A DNA stretch of 32,000 bases from Sinorhizobium meliloti (GCF_017876815.1 NZ_JAGIOS010000003.1:1110001-1142000), one strand, 5' to 3'. Counted from the first letter of the stretch, positions 6,306 through 17,436 are shown. Numbers and translations are program-made. Notes: generated by a model not told the origin, from the letters alone.

Positions 6306-8495
6306 CTAGAAGGAGGTTCCTTGGGCCTTGTCTGTGCCAAGAAGCTGACGAAGTGAATTCTTCGACATCGGCCTGGACAAATGGAATCCCTGCAATTCGT
6401 CACAGCCCAGCTTGCGCAGGATCTCGCTCTGCTCCTCGGTTTCCACGCCTTCGGCGGTGATGCGCAGGCCTTTCGCACGTGCGATGCCGACGATGGACTG
6501 CACGACCGCCACACCACCACCGGGCCGGTCGAAGGCGTGGACGAAAGAGCGATCGATTTTGATCCGGTCGACCTCCAGGCGCTGCAACCGCCCAAATGAA
6601 GAGAATCCCGTACCGAAATCGTCAAGTGCGAACTTGACGCCGAACTCGCGTAGTGCCGTGATGTTTTTTTCGCAGACGCCGGCTTCGTCAAGGAGAGCAG
6701 TTTCGGTGATCTCGAGCTCCAGTCTCGACGGCTCGATCCCGAACTGGCGCAGCAGTGAGAGAACTTGAGCAGCATAATGGCGCTGTGCAAGCTCGACCGC
6801 CGAGACGTTGACTGCAATGTCGAGACCCGGAAATTCACGCGCGGTAGAACAGGCTTCCTTCAGCACGAACGCGCCGAGCCGATCGATGAGGCCGGCAGTC
6901 TCCGCAAGCGGAACGAAGGCATCCGGTGCTATAGGGCCTTTGCTCGGATGCCGCCAGCGAATGAGAGCTTCCAGCGAGCTTATCTCGTGCGACTGCGCAG
7001 AATATACGGGCTGATAGAAGACTTCGAGCTGATTGCCGGCGTCCAGCGCCGCACGCAGATCCTGTTCCAGGTCCCGTTTCGTTCTGATCAGGTCGTCCAT
7101 ATGAGGACCAAAGACTGCGTAGCGGTTCCGCCCGGCCGATTTGGCGTGGTAAAGCGCGATATCGGCCTTCCGCGTGATCTCGATGGGGTCGGCGTCATTT
7201 CCGGTCGCGACCGCCACACCTATCGAAAGCCCGATGAGAATGGGCTGTCCGTCTATCTCGAAAGGTCGGCGGATTGCAGCGATCAGCGCGTCACAGAGTT
7301 TCTCCACCTCGTCCTGGCGGGTACGCGCGACGATGATGGTAAACTCATCACCACCAATTCTGGAAATCGCGGCACCAGCAGCGGTTTCCTTAAGCCGCTT
7401 CGCGACCTCGACCATCAGCCGATCGCCAACGGGATGGCCGAGTGTGTCGTTCACTTGCTTGAAGCGGTCGAGATCGAGATACAGAAGAGCATTGGCTTGA
7501 TCGATTGTCGACGTCGCGACGACCCGCGCCAGCAACCGGTTGAAAGACGCACGGTTGGCGAGCCCGGTCAACGGATCGTGACGCGCCAGATGGTCGAGCT
7601 CCGCCTGGCTTTCCTGCAGGCGTCTCGACCGCCTCCGCAGTACGACACTGAGCGCGCTCGTGAGGGCAAAAAGGAGGGCGCCGGCGACGAGAAGCACAGG
7701 CGCCGTGGCCTTCATCACATCGGCACCGGGTCTGAACGGGAGCCAGGAGAAATATCCTATCGTTTCTCGGGATGATGAAACGATCGGAGCATAGGACCGC
7801 TGTCGACCGAGTTCCGGCAAAACAGAAAAGCGCAGGTCCTCAAAGCCATAATCGTCACCGAGATGCGTCAGGAAATCGCCGTCGAGAAAACGGACCGCTA
7901 AGTGGAGATATTCCCTGCCGGGCTCCTGAACAATATCACCGGTGTCCGACACGATCGGCTTCACGCTGATAATCGCCGGGCGGCCCGCGATGCGTACGAG
8001 ATCGCTCTCGCCGATGGACAGCACCTGCTCACTCGTTCCTCCCTCGTCGCCTGCTGCGAGCCGCTCTTGCAGCTTGGCGATGAGCGGCATTGCTTCGGGT
8101 CCTATGTTGCTGAAAGCTTCCTGCTCGTTGGTCTGGCCGGCAAGAAAGGCGTATAACGGCTTACGATCCGGACTGATCACGAATGCGCCGTCGTGTCGGA
8201 AATAGCTGTTCATCCAGCTACCCAGGTTAGAATCGACCCACCGCGGATCCCATTCCTGCGACACTTTTCTGACGGCGTCATCCCAAACGGTGGCACTCTC
8301 CTGATCATGGGCGATGCTACCTTGCATCTTGGAGATGACAAGCTCGACGAGGTGTTGCTGCCGCTTCACCGCCAAAGCGTCCGATTGCTGCGCCGACCAG
8401 CGGACGGCCAGGTATATGCCTCCCATCAAGGCCATTGCGATGGCCAAGGGCAGCATCCACCTGAAAACCGCGACTTTGCCAGCCACAAACCTCAT
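6306..8495 (-). CDS. Membrane-bound GGDEF-EAL protein (diguanylate cyclase/phosphodiesterase) with a periplasmic CHASE4-like sensor
   Basis: RIGGDEFTII (GGDEF) and LEALIRW (EAL) are both intact. Two TM segments flank a sensor region of about 240 aa. The start was set at the ATG at 8495, which has an AGGAGGAG SD 6 nt upstream. Confidence 0.9.
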   Translation of the reverse strand: MRFVAGKVAVFRWMLPLAIAMALMGGIYLAVRWSAQQSDALAVKRQQHLVELVISKMQGSIAHDQESATVWDDAVRKVSQEWDPRWVDSNLGSWMNSYFRHDGAFVISPDRKPLYAFLAGQTNEQEAFSNIGPEAMPLIAKLQERLAAGDEGGTSEQVLSIGESDLVRIAGRPAIISVKPIVSDTGDIVQEPGREYLHLAVRFLDGDFLTHLGDDYGFEDLRFSVLPELGRQRSYAPIVSSSRETIGYFSWLPFRPGADVMKATAPVLLVAGALLFALTSALSVVLRRRSRRLQESQAELDHLARHDPLTGLANRASFNRLLARVVATSTIDQANALLYLDLDRFKQVNDTLGHPVGDRLMVEVAKRLKETAAGAAISRIGGDEFTIIVARTRQDEVEKLCDALIAAIRRPFEIDGQPILIGLSIGVAVATGNDADPIEITRKADIALYHAKSAGRNRYAVFGPHMDDLIRTKRDLEQDLRAALDAGNQLEVFYQPVYSAQSHEISSLEALIRWRHPSKGPIAPDAFVPLAETAGLIDRLGAFVLKEACSTAREFPGLDIAVNVSAVELAQRHYAAQVLSLLRQFGIEPSRLELEITETALLDEAGVCEKNITALREFGVKFALDDFGTGFSSFGRLQRLEVDRIKIDRSFVHAFDRPGGGVAVVQSIVGIARAKGLRITAEGVETEEQSEILRKLGCDELQGFHLSRPMSKNSLRQLLGTDKAQGTSF

Positions 8496-8586
8496 CCGCA
8501 CTCCTCCTGATAGGCTGCTCATCAATGAGCTGAACGTCTTAAAACGCCGTAAGTAAGCTCCGCACGTGCCGGCGTCATCTTATGAT

Positions 8587-10599
8587 CTAGTCCGCTTTGA
8601 CCGTGCTTTCCGTGTCCGTACGTTTGCTTCTCCGCATGGCGTATCCCGGTGCGATCTTTGGATGGGCGAGTTTCAAAGATCGAGGCAATTCGTCTGAAAG
8701 CGCCTCGCGGACGGCGTCGCCCATCCCGAATACCACGAAGTCTGCCTGCAGCGATTCAATAAGTTGGTCTCTTTCGGTTGTTCCCGGCCGGCCATCCTCT
8801 TTCCAAAGAACAATCCCGACGCGCGCCGCTGGCGCAATACGTTTCAGTCGACGTACGGTAAACTTGGCATGTCTCATGAAATCCTGGTCGAGAACGCTCA
8901 AGACGACCGCGTTGCGCCCCTCGAGCTGCAGTGCCTTTATGTTGCCCGCCTTGAGGACTTCGTGAGTGGCATGGGCCGCATCCGCGCCCTGAATCCAAAG
9001 GGTCTGGGCGAGCATTGATGCGGTAACGTCATCGAGATCACTGCGCCCTCCGACGCACAGGACGGACTTTCCGTCGCCGGGGGGAAGATCATATTCCTCT
9101 GCATCATCATTATCATCATCACTTTCCTGCGCTTCCGTGCTCGTTTCCTCCTCCCCTTCCTCTTCGCCGGCAATCTCCTCGAGATTGGCGATGAGGGTGT
9201 TCGCACTCTGGGCAATCTGAGCCGCCTGGGTATTCGTCAGGGCGCCCCGGGCGCGGTCCCGCTCTGCCAGGAGCAGTGCGGGGATAGCAACCGTGTCGTA
9301 GAACTCGACGAGATACTTCTCCTGCAGCATGTCTTCCGCATTGTCCGTCGCCTCATCCGGATCTCCGGCGAGCAGACGCTGATAGAGGCGCTCCTTCGGA
9401 TCGAGCACGGGCTCATTGCCCAGCAGAATCTCCAGAAATTCGAACTGCGGGACGTGACGACCGAGAACGACAAGGCACACCGTCAGCGGCGTCGACAGCA
9501 CCAATCCGACCGGCCCCCAGAGCCATGCCCAGAAGATCGCCGCGACGATGATCGCAAGCGGCGACAGTCCGGTGCGGGAACCGTAAAGCCAAGGCTCGAC
9601 GACATTGTTGCTCAAGAGTTCAAGGACAATGAACAAGGCTGCCGTCCAAACGAGCAGACTCCATCCAGGTGCGGCGGCAAACGCGAGGAACAACGGCAGA
9701 GCCGCAGCGATCACAGGTCCGATATAGGGGACAAAGCGCAGTACGATGGCGAGCATCCCCCAGAGGACCGCATTGGGTATGCCGAGAAGCGAGAGGCCGA
9801 TGGCCAGCGGAATGCCGTAGGTGATGTTCACGACCAACTGCATGAGCAGATACCGGCCGACACGAGCACCCGCGTCCTGAAGTGCCTCGGTCGTTCGATG
9901 CAGGTCACCGTAGCCGACCAGCCGAATGAAACGGTCGCGCAGCTCCTCCCTCTCGAGCAGCATGAAGATGACCACGACGATGACGAGGCCGGTCGTTGCC
10001 AACGGGCCAAGCAGAGGATTGATGATGTTCTTCAGTGTCTCGATCGGCCGCTGTGGAGAGAAAATCTCCACGAGCAGCGGCTTGGTCTCCGGCGTCGGTT
10101 CGGGTGAGGCGCGCACCTCGGGTTCGGGCCGGCTGATCTCCGTGCTGATCCTCTCTATGACGCGGCCAATGCGCTCAAGGATCTGGCTTTCCGATCCGGT
10201 CTCCTTCAGCGTCCTGACCTTCTCGACGATGTTGTACTGATAGGTCGGCAGGTTCTGAGCCACCTCGCTCACCTGCATCGCTATGACCACACCGAATGCG
10301 GACAGGAACAGAAAAGCTGTCGTCACCGTGCCGATGACGGCCACCGAACGGGGACAACCGACGCGACGCAGCCTCGAAACCAGCGGCGCGAGAGCAAAGG
10401 TGAGCAGAATGGCGATAGCCAGCGGCAGGAAGACGTCCCGGGCGAAATAGAGCACGGCAACCGCGGCGGCGGTCGCGACGAGCGTCGGTAGACGTGACGG
10501 CTGCGCCGCGGCTGCTGAGCCGCGCGCGAAGGCGATTTGCTGCAATCCGCCTGCGGTTGCAGCACGATCCTGGTCAATGCCACGCGAGAACTTCAGCAC
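8587..10599 (-). CDS. AI-2E (PerM/UPF0118) family transporter with a long cytoplasmic C-terminal extension
   Basis: The multi-TM core (YFARDVFLPLAIAILLTFALAPLV ... LSTPLTVCLVVLGRHVPQ) is present. I set the start at the GTG at 10599, which has a GGAGG 6 nt upstream. The longer 841-aa ORF would overlap the divergent PepSY gene. Confidence 0.8.
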   Translation of the reverse strand: MLKFSRGIDQDRAATAGGLQQIAFARGSAAAAQPSRLPTLVATAAAVAVLYFARDVFLPLAIAILLTFALAPLVSRLRRVGCPRSVAVIGTVTTAFLFLSAFGVVIAMQVSEVAQNLPTYQYNIVEKVRTLKETGSESQILERIGRVIERISTEISRPEPEVRASPEPTPETKPLLVEIFSPQRPIETLKNIINPLLGPLATTGLVIVVVIFMLLEREELRDRFIRLVGYGDLHRTTEALQDAGARVGRYLLMQLVVNITYGIPLAIGLSLLGIPNAVLWGMLAIVLRFVPYIGPVIAAALPLFLAFAAAPGWSLLVWTAALFIVLELLSNNVVEPWLYGSRTGLSPLAIIVAAIFWAWLWGPVGLVLSTPLTVCLVVLGRHVPQFEFLEILLGNEPVLDPKERLYQRLLAGDPDEATDNAEDMLQEKYLVEFYDTVAIPALLLAERDRARGALTNTQAAQIAQSANTLIANLEEIAGEEEGEEETSTEAQESDDDNDDAEEYDLPPGDGKSVLCVGGRSDLDDVTASMLAQTLWIQGADAAHATHEVLKAGNIKALQLEGRNAVVLSVLDQDFMRHAKFTVRRLKRIAPAARVGIVLWKEDGRPGTTERDQLIESLQADFVVFGMGDAVREALSDELPRSLKLAHPKIAPGYAMRRSKRTDTESTVKAD

Positions 10600-10777
10600 C
10601 GCACCCTCCACCACATCACCCAACGGTCGACCTGGTTGCGACCAGCAGGCAAGAAACTTGTTCGCAAGTAGGTAGGGCAGTGTTGGACGCCGCCCAGCAG
10701 ATGCTCCGTTGCAAGGAACCGCAGCGGTTGCCTTTTCTCCAAGCCGCCCACCAGCATGGTAGCCGTAGCAGCGCGGG

Positions 10778-10802
10778 GGAACCAATCTCCGCCCGGCGTG
10801 TT
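10778..10802 (+). promoter_or_regulatory. Weak candidate EcfG/RpoE2-type general-stress promoter (GGAAC-N16-TGTT)
   Basis: The sequence is GGAACCAATCTCCGCCCGGCGTGTT, 45 nt upstream of the PepSY ATG. The -10 deviates from the consensus CGTT by one base. Confidence 0.3.
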
Positions 10803-10846
10803 TCTGGGACGGGGGATCAATCGCGGTCTTCTGAAGAGGTAACCAC

Positions 10847-11161
10847 ATGAAAAACATAATCATTGTCGCGGCAGCACTAATGAGTGCCGTGACCACGGCA
10901 TCACTCGCGCAAACGACACCTTCATCGGAAGGAGAAACGCCAGCAGTAGCAACGCCCGATTCGCAGAACCCGACGGCACCGGTCGAAGGGGCAAACAGCT
11001 TCACCGAAGCGCAAGCCAAGGAACGGATCGAAGAGGCCGGATATACCGACGTCAGCGGATTGAAGCTCGATGACAAGGGAGTGTGGCAGGCAACTGCGAT
11101 GAAGGAGGGCAAATCCGTTTCGGTCGCGCTCGACTACCAGGGCAACGTAACAGCGCAGTAA
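10847..11161 (+). CDS. Periplasmic PepSY-domain protein
   Basis: The signal peptide is MKNIIIVAAALMSAVTTASLA. The C-terminal region FTEAQAKERIEEAGYTDVSGLKLDDKGVWQATAMKEGKSVSVALDYQGNV is PepSY-like. Confidence 0.8.
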   Translation: MKNIIIVAAALMSAVTTASLAQTTPSSEGETPAVATPDSQNPTAPVEGANSFTEAQAKERIEEAGYTDVSGLKLDDKGVWQATAMKEGKSVSVALDYQGNVTAQ

Positions 11162-11201
11162 CACCCCACAGGCTTCCTCCAAACGCAAAGGGAGAACGAA
11201 T

Positions 11202-11807
11202 ATGAGAACTGTAACAGGGCTCTTTGATGACTATGGCGATGCTCGCGAAGCCGTAAGCGATCTGGAAGCGGCAGGCGTACCTTCGGATGACATCAGCATT
11301 GTCGCGAACAACATTGGCGATCGATACTCCACCGATGGCTCGAACGCGGCGGAAGGCGCGGGTACCGGAGCCGGCCTAGGCGCTGCCGGGGGCGGCGTTG
11401 TCGGTCTTCTGACGGGGCTCGGTCTGATGGCCATCCCTGGGGTCGGCCCCGTAGTGGCTGCCGGGTGGCTTGCCTCCACTGCGGCCGGCGCTGCGGCGGG
11501 CGCAATCGCCGGTGGGGCAGCCGGAGGCCTGATCGGTGCACTGACGGAATCCGGGGTTGATGAAGAAGACGCCCATGTTTACGCCGAGGGCGTTCGCCGG
11601 GGGGGCACGTTGGTCACAGCAAGGGTCGAGGACAGTGTTGCACCACGAGCAGAAGCGATCCTGAAACAGCGGAAAATCGTGGACCCAGCGGCCCGCAGGA
11701 GCATCTATGCCCAGGAAGGATGGTCGCGATTTGACGAAAATGCCGACCCGTACACGCTCGATCAGGTCGATCGAGAGCGGGAGCGGTACCGCAGCATGAT
11801 GCCGTAA
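11202..11807 (+). CDS. General stress protein (YflT/GsiB-17M-like domains flanking a Gly/Ala-rich membrane segment)
   Basis: GGGAGAA SD. The N-terminal region is TVTGLFDDYGDAREAVSDLEAAGVPSDDISIVAN, and a second related domain reads EEDAHVYAEGVRRGGTLVTARV. A central glycine-zipper-like stretch separates them. Confidence 0.8.
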   Translation: MRTVTGLFDDYGDAREAVSDLEAAGVPSDDISIVANNIGDRYSTDGSNAAEGAGTGAGLGAAGGGVVGLLTGLGLMAIPGVGPVVAAGWLASTAAGAAAGAIAGGAAGGLIGALTESGVDEEDAHVYAEGVRRGGTLVTARVEDSVAPRAEAILKQRKIVDPAARRSIYAQEGWSRFDENADPYTLDQVDRERERYRSMMP

Positions 11808-11917
11808 CGGCTGGCTTACGTCCCGCCGATGCGAGGGCGCGAGGACGGCCCGCCCTGCCGCCAGCGCTGAAGCATCGACTCAAATGGTGGCGCGCCCCAT
11901 GTCCCCTTGGGGCGTGC

Positions 11918-12205
11918 TTATTTGATCTTCAGAAGTAGCATCTTGCCGGCCATGGTGATGCCGTGAGCCGACTCCTCTGGCGGAACATCCGTATTCAGCG
12001 CTTTCACGAGCCTGTGGTCGCGCAGCTCGTTGAGAGTTGCGGTCGTCAGGAACTTGATCTTCTGAGGCCGTTCCTTGAAGCGGTCCTGTTTTGCATAGGT
12101 GACTTGAGCATTCAGGTGCGTCCATCTCTTCCCCGCCTGAGGATGGACGTCGCCGTCCTTAGCGAGCTTCAGACCGCGGATCTGGGTTGGCGTCAATTCA
12201 ATCAT
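11918..12205 (-). CDS. Hypothetical 95-aa protein, translationally coupled to the desaturase gene
   Basis: A TAATG overlap joins the desaturase stop and this ORF's ATG, sharing base 12205. Third codon positions are GC-rich. A hairpin, CGCCCCA-N8-TGGGGCG (11893-11914), lies just downstream. Confidence 0.55.
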   Translation of the reverse strand: MIELTPTQIRGLKLAKDGDVHPQAGKRWTHLNAQVTYAKQDRFKERPQKIKFLTTATLNELRDHRLVKALNTDVPPEESAHGITMAGKMLLLKIK

Positions 12206-13272
12206 TACTTCGTCTTTCGTCCATCTTCAGTAAGGGAGCGGCGCAGCGACCCAGCGGCGTCGTGGAATGAAACTAGCCTCCGGCGCCGGTCGTCCCAGAG
12301 CACGAGCCTGACGCATTTGAGGCTGTCCCACAGGGTGATCCGACCGATGCCGGCAAGTTGCGGATGGTCACGCAGTACTTCCGGCAGACGGTAGTACGGA
12401 ATCCGGCTGGACAGGTGGTGCACGTGATGGATGCCGATATTGCCAGTGAGCCACCGCAGCACCGGCGGAAGATCGTAATGCGAGGCGCCATGCAGCGCCG
12501 CCTGGGGAAACCGCCAATCCTCGCCCGCCGACCAGTGGGTCTCCTCGAACTGGTGCTGCACATAAAAGAGCCAAACGCCGGCTGCACCTGCGAGCAGCAC
12601 GACCGGAAGATGGATCAGGAGAAACGTTCCCAAACCGACGGCCCAAACCATCAAGGCGGCCAGCGTGACGATCGCAAAATTCGTCGCCATGGTCGAAATC
12701 CATGGCAGAGCACCCGAGTTCATCATTCCGAACGGCAGGCGCTGCTTGAACAGAAAGAGCCAGGCCGGCCCGATCCCGAACATGACAAGCGGGTGCCGGT
12801 ACAGCCGGTAGCCGAGGCGTTTGATCGGCGAAAGGGCACAGTATTCGGTAATCGTCAGCGTGGTGATGTCACCAACCCCGCGTTCGTCGAGATTACCTGC
12901 AGTCGCATGATGGGCGGCATGCGCACGCCTCCAATAATCGTAAGGGGTCAGGGTCAGGACCCCGAGCAGGCGGCCGGTCCAGTCATCGAGCCCACGACGG
13001 GAGAAAAACGAGCCGTGGCCGCAATCGTGCTGGATCATGAACAATCGGAGCAGAAAGGCGCTGGCAGGAAGGATTGCAATCAGCCCGGGCCAGAAGCCGT
13101 TGGCCAGCGAAAAGCAGGCCGCTGCCCAGAAGATGGCGAAAGGGACGAGAGTGACGAACAGTTCGAAGGCGCTACGCCCCAGGCGGGGCTGCCGGTATTT
13201 AGCCAGCGTCTTCAACCACGCTCCAGCATTGTCTTCAACGAGTGAAGCGGGTGGATAGACATGTGCGCTCAT
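12205..13272 (-). CDS. Membrane fatty-acid desaturase (three histidine boxes)
   Basis: The three histidine boxes are HDCGH, WRRAHAAHH and GIHHVHH. The start was set at the ATG at 13272 (MSAHVY...), because the longer ORF overlaps the upstream gene. Confidence 0.85.
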   Translation of the reverse strand: MSAHVYPPASLVEDNAGAWLKTLAKYRQPRLGRSAFELFVTLVPFAIFWAAACFSLANGFWPGLIAILPASAFLLRLFMIQHDCGHGSFFSRRGLDDWTGRLLGVLTLTPYDYWRRAHAAHHATAGNLDERGVGDITTLTITEYCALSPIKRLGYRLYRHPLVMFGIGPAWLFLFKQRLPFGMMNSGALPWISTMATNFAIVTLAALMVWAVGLGTFLLIHLPVVLLAGAAGVWLFYVQHQFEETHWSAGEDWRFPQAALHGASHYDLPPVLRWLTGNIGIHHVHHLSSRIPYYRLPEVLRDHPQLAGIGRITLWDSLKCVRLVLWDDRRRRLVSFHDAAGSLRRSLTEDGRKTK

Positions 13273-13357
13273 TATAACCGGTCCGTTTTTCGCTCGCCCC
13301 GCGATCCTCCGCCAGGGCAACAGCTGCGCCCGTGGATCGGGTGCAGGTGTTGAAGTG

Positions 13358-13738
13358 TTACGCCCTACGGGCCTTGCGGGCGGCGTAACGGCGATCACGC
13401 TCTGCCTTGCGGGCCGCCTCGTCCGCCACGACGCGCGAGACCCGATTGGCGATTTCTGCCTGGCGGGCTTCGGCTTCAGCCCTTTGCTCGGCCTCGGCGG
13501 CCGCGGCCGACGCAGCGGCTTCTGCCAGGATTCGCTCGTTCTCGGCGGTCTTCAGCGCTTCGCGCTCGGCACGGCGGGCATCCCTGGCACGGCTAGCCGC
13601 TTCACGAGCAGCCAGTTTTTCCCGCATTTCAGGGTCGGTCGGCTTGGGAGCGGATGCAAATTTTGTCAGGAGCTGACGCTTTGCATCTGCTGCGGCATTG
13701 CGTCGTTCGGCAAAGCCGTTGTCGCTCGGGTGTCTCAA
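13358..13738 (-). CDS. Ala/Arg/Glu-rich coiled-coil protein (DUF6481-like)
   Basis: TTG start with an AAGGAA SD about 7 nt upstream. The composition is highly charged and helical (AAREAASRARDARRAEREALKTAENERILAEAAA...). Confidence 0.7.
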   Translation of the reverse strand: MRHPSDNGFAERRNAAADAKRQLLTKFASAPKPTDPEMREKLAAREAASRARDARRAEREALKTAENERILAEAAASAAAAEAEQRAEAEARQAEIANRVSRVVADEAARKAERDRRYAARKARRA

Positions 13739-13775
13739 TCGTTATTCCTTCGAATCGTTTGGTCGCGTAGAATGG

Positions 13776-13803
13776 GAAAAGGCCAGACATTCGCCTGGCC
13801 TCT
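13776..13803 (-). terminator. Rho-independent terminator of cspA
   Basis: The minus strand reads AGGCCAG-gcgaatgt-CTGGCCT followed by TTTCCC. It lies 55 nt downstream of the cspA stop codon. Confidence 0.6.
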
Positions 13804-13858
13804 TCGAACCTCTTGCCGCGATGCCAGTACATCCGTGGTCATCAGCGGCGAAAAAGCA

Positions 13859-14068
13859 TCAGGCAGCGCGCAGCTGGCCTGCGGACATCTTGCCCGACTT
13901 ATTGTCGCGCTCGAGCTCAAAGCCGAGCTTCTGACCTTCGACAATCGAATTCATGCCGGCGCGTTCAACAGCAGAGATGTGAACGAACACATCGGCGCTG
14001 CCGTCGTCAGGCGCGATGAAACCGAAGCCCTTGGTGGAATTGAACCATTTAACTGTGCCAGTGGTCAT
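13859..14068 (-). CDS. cspA: Cold-shock protein (CspA family, 69 aa)
   Basis: [34 protein letters not shown] carries the RNP1 and RNP2 motifs. An AAGAAAGGG SD precedes the start. Confidence 0.95.
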   Translation of the reverse strand: MTTGTVKWFNSTKGFGFIAPDDGSADVFVHISAVERAGMNSIVEGQKLGFELERDNKSGKMSAGQLRAA

Positions 14069-14206
14069 AACGAACCCTTTCTTAGCAACATAGATCACCG
14101 CTGGGCGACGCACAGCGGGGTTTCGACTTTTGAGAGAGGGAAGTTCGTCAAGAGACGCGCAAAGCGCAGCAAAACAAATATCGGCAAACAAAGTATCGAT
14201 GCCCTT

Positions 14207-14234
14207 TCATAGACGAGAGCGGCGGCCACGTCAA
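14207..14234 (-). promoter_or_regulatory. Candidate housekeeping-type promoter of cspA with a long 5' UTR
   Basis: The minus strand reads TTGACG-N16-CTATGA, close to the rhizobial CTTGAC-N17-CTATAT consensus. It would give a leader of about 130 nt, as is typical for cspA genes. Confidence 0.4.
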
Positions 14235-14317
14235 CTTTTTGTTTCCAGAAAAGTCGAATACAACTAAGGATAGCAGATCCGAAGGGTTACGTTCGTTCCC
14301 TGCCGGGGCATGCGCGG

Positions 14318-14400
14318 TTAGAGCACTTCCAGGTGTAACGGTTTTCCGTCCGGAAATGCACAGCTTCAAAGATTAGAGCGTTCCTTGTTAGATGAACGCG
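14318..14400 (+). repeat. Dispersed intergenic repeat, copy B
   Basis: The sequence is GTTAGAGCACTTCCAGG...TTTTCCGTCCGGAAATGCACAGCTTCAAAGATTAGAGCGTTCC..GATGAAC. The hairpin arms are 14323-14333 and 14350-14359. Confidence 0.6.
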
Positions 14401-14681
14401 GCGTGCGTACCGAAAGTCGGCAAACGAGCTGAGTATACCGCTACGCTTCGACGCTTTTTCAACTAACTAACGTCACAGTCTCCTATCCGGCGTAAAAAGG
14501 AAATTCAGGTATGTCAAAATATTCCTTGTATTTTTACCCAACGTTTTGCGCGAAGTTCGGACACTAATTTCACGTCACGCCCAGCTTCGAATAATATTTC
14601 TTGGCACCTCTATTAATCGCGCGCTGGCGATGCTATTTAGGAGTTGCAGCCGCCCTATACGCTGGCCGCAGAAAGAATCCC

Positions 14682-16681
<2,000 letters not shown>

Positions 16682-16754
16682 GAGCAGCGCCTGAACCGTC
16701 CGGCCGGGTGGCCAGGCGGCGAAACTCGAACAACGACGGACGGGGAGACTTCCA

Positions 16755-17144
16755 GTGGCCATGCAGAACAGCAAGACGTCAATCACCCAGCAATTTGGCA
16801 GCTACAAGCCATCCAAGGCGATCCTCGTATGGGCGTGCGTCGCCACGGCAGCCGCGACGATGATCGTCGGCTTCAACTGGGGCGGGTGGGTGACCGGCGG
16901 CACGTCTCGCACAGCGGCAGCGGCCGCAGCCGACATTGCACGCGGCGAACTGGCATCCGCCATATGCGTCGAGCGGTTTAACGCCGCCCCGGACGCGGCC
17001 GCAAAACTGATCGAGTTCAAGGCAATCACTGACGGTTACAAGAAGCGTCAATTCGTGGAGGCCGGCGGTTGGGCGACGATGCCGGGCGAGACCGCACCCG
17101 ACAGCCGCAGCGTTCAAGGTTGCGCCACCGCTCTCGCCATCTGA
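16755..17144 (+). CDS. Hypothetical membrane-anchored protein (start GTG 16755 or ATG 16761)
   Basis: GGGGAGA SD at 16742-16748. It has one TM helix (AILVWACVATAAATMIVGFNWGGW) and coding-like codon usage. Confidence 0.5.
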   Translation: MAMQNSKTSITQQFGSYKPSKAILVWACVATAAATMIVGFNWGGWVTGGTSRTAAAAAADIARGELASAICVERFNAAPDAAAKLIEFKAITDGYKKRQFVEAGGWATMPGETAPDSRSVQGCATALAI

Positions 17145-17214
17145 GGGCAAAGCATGAAAAGCGCTCCGGTGTTGGTTTGGAGCGCTCCCAATTATCAGAT
17201 CAGGAGAACGTCAA

Positions 17215-17382
17215 ATGATTCGTTTCGAGAGAAAGCCCGATCCGCAGCCCTCGCTGAAGGAAGCCGAAAACAAACGTACCAAGCAAATAAGCGAAGCCGC
17301 GAAGGAAGAGAACAAGAAATCGGGCACAACTGGAGCGCCGCGTCGCGCGCCTCAAGCGGCTGATGACGACCGGCTCATTTGA
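17215..17382 (+). CDS. Possible 55-aa charged small protein (below the ORF-track cutoff)
   Basis: An AGGAGA SD lies 7 nt upstream of the ATG at 17215. The product is MIRFERKPDPQPSLKEAENKRTKQISEAAKEENKK.... A 9-bp GC hairpin follows at 17414-17436. It competes with the 69-aa ORF at 17154-17363 in another frame. Confidence 0.3.
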   Translation: MIRFERKPDPQPSLKEAENKRTKQISEAAKEENKKSGTTGAPRRAPQAADDDRLI

Positions 17383-17413
17383 GAGCATATTGGACGCCTC
17401 GGCCGTTTCTCAT

Positions 17414-17436
17414 TGGCCCGCCCCTACGGCGGGCCA
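17414..17436 (+). terminator. GC-rich hairpin (possible terminator or attenuator; no U-tract)
   Basis: The sequence is TGGCCCGCC-cctac-GGCGGGCCA. Confidence 0.3.

Noticed and set aside
13355-14212. 285-aa plus-strand ORF spanning the cspA/DUF6481 region.
   Set aside because: It is antisense to two well-supported genes, including an unmistakable cspA. The product is of low complexity and there is no SD.
14598-14616. TTGGCACCTCTATTAAT upstream of groES, resembling a sigma-54 -24 element (TGGCAC).
   Set aside because: The -12 element is TTAAT instead of TTGC(A/T), so the near-invariant GC is missing. No enhancer-binding-protein gene is nearby.
14401-14681. CIRCE (HrcA operator) or a clear RpoH promoter in front of groES.
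   Set aside because: No TTAGCACTC-N9-GAGTGCTAA-like inverted repeat is visible. The only CTTG...CTATNT combinations have the wrong spacing (28-31 nt) or need an indel (CTTCGAA-N18-CTATTA).
17154-17363. 69-aa ORF from the track, considered as the real gene in this interval.
   Set aside because: It is not fully excluded, since a GAGGG lies 6 nt upstream. However, the overlapping 55-aa frame has the stronger SD and a following hairpin. Neither can be settled without comparative data.
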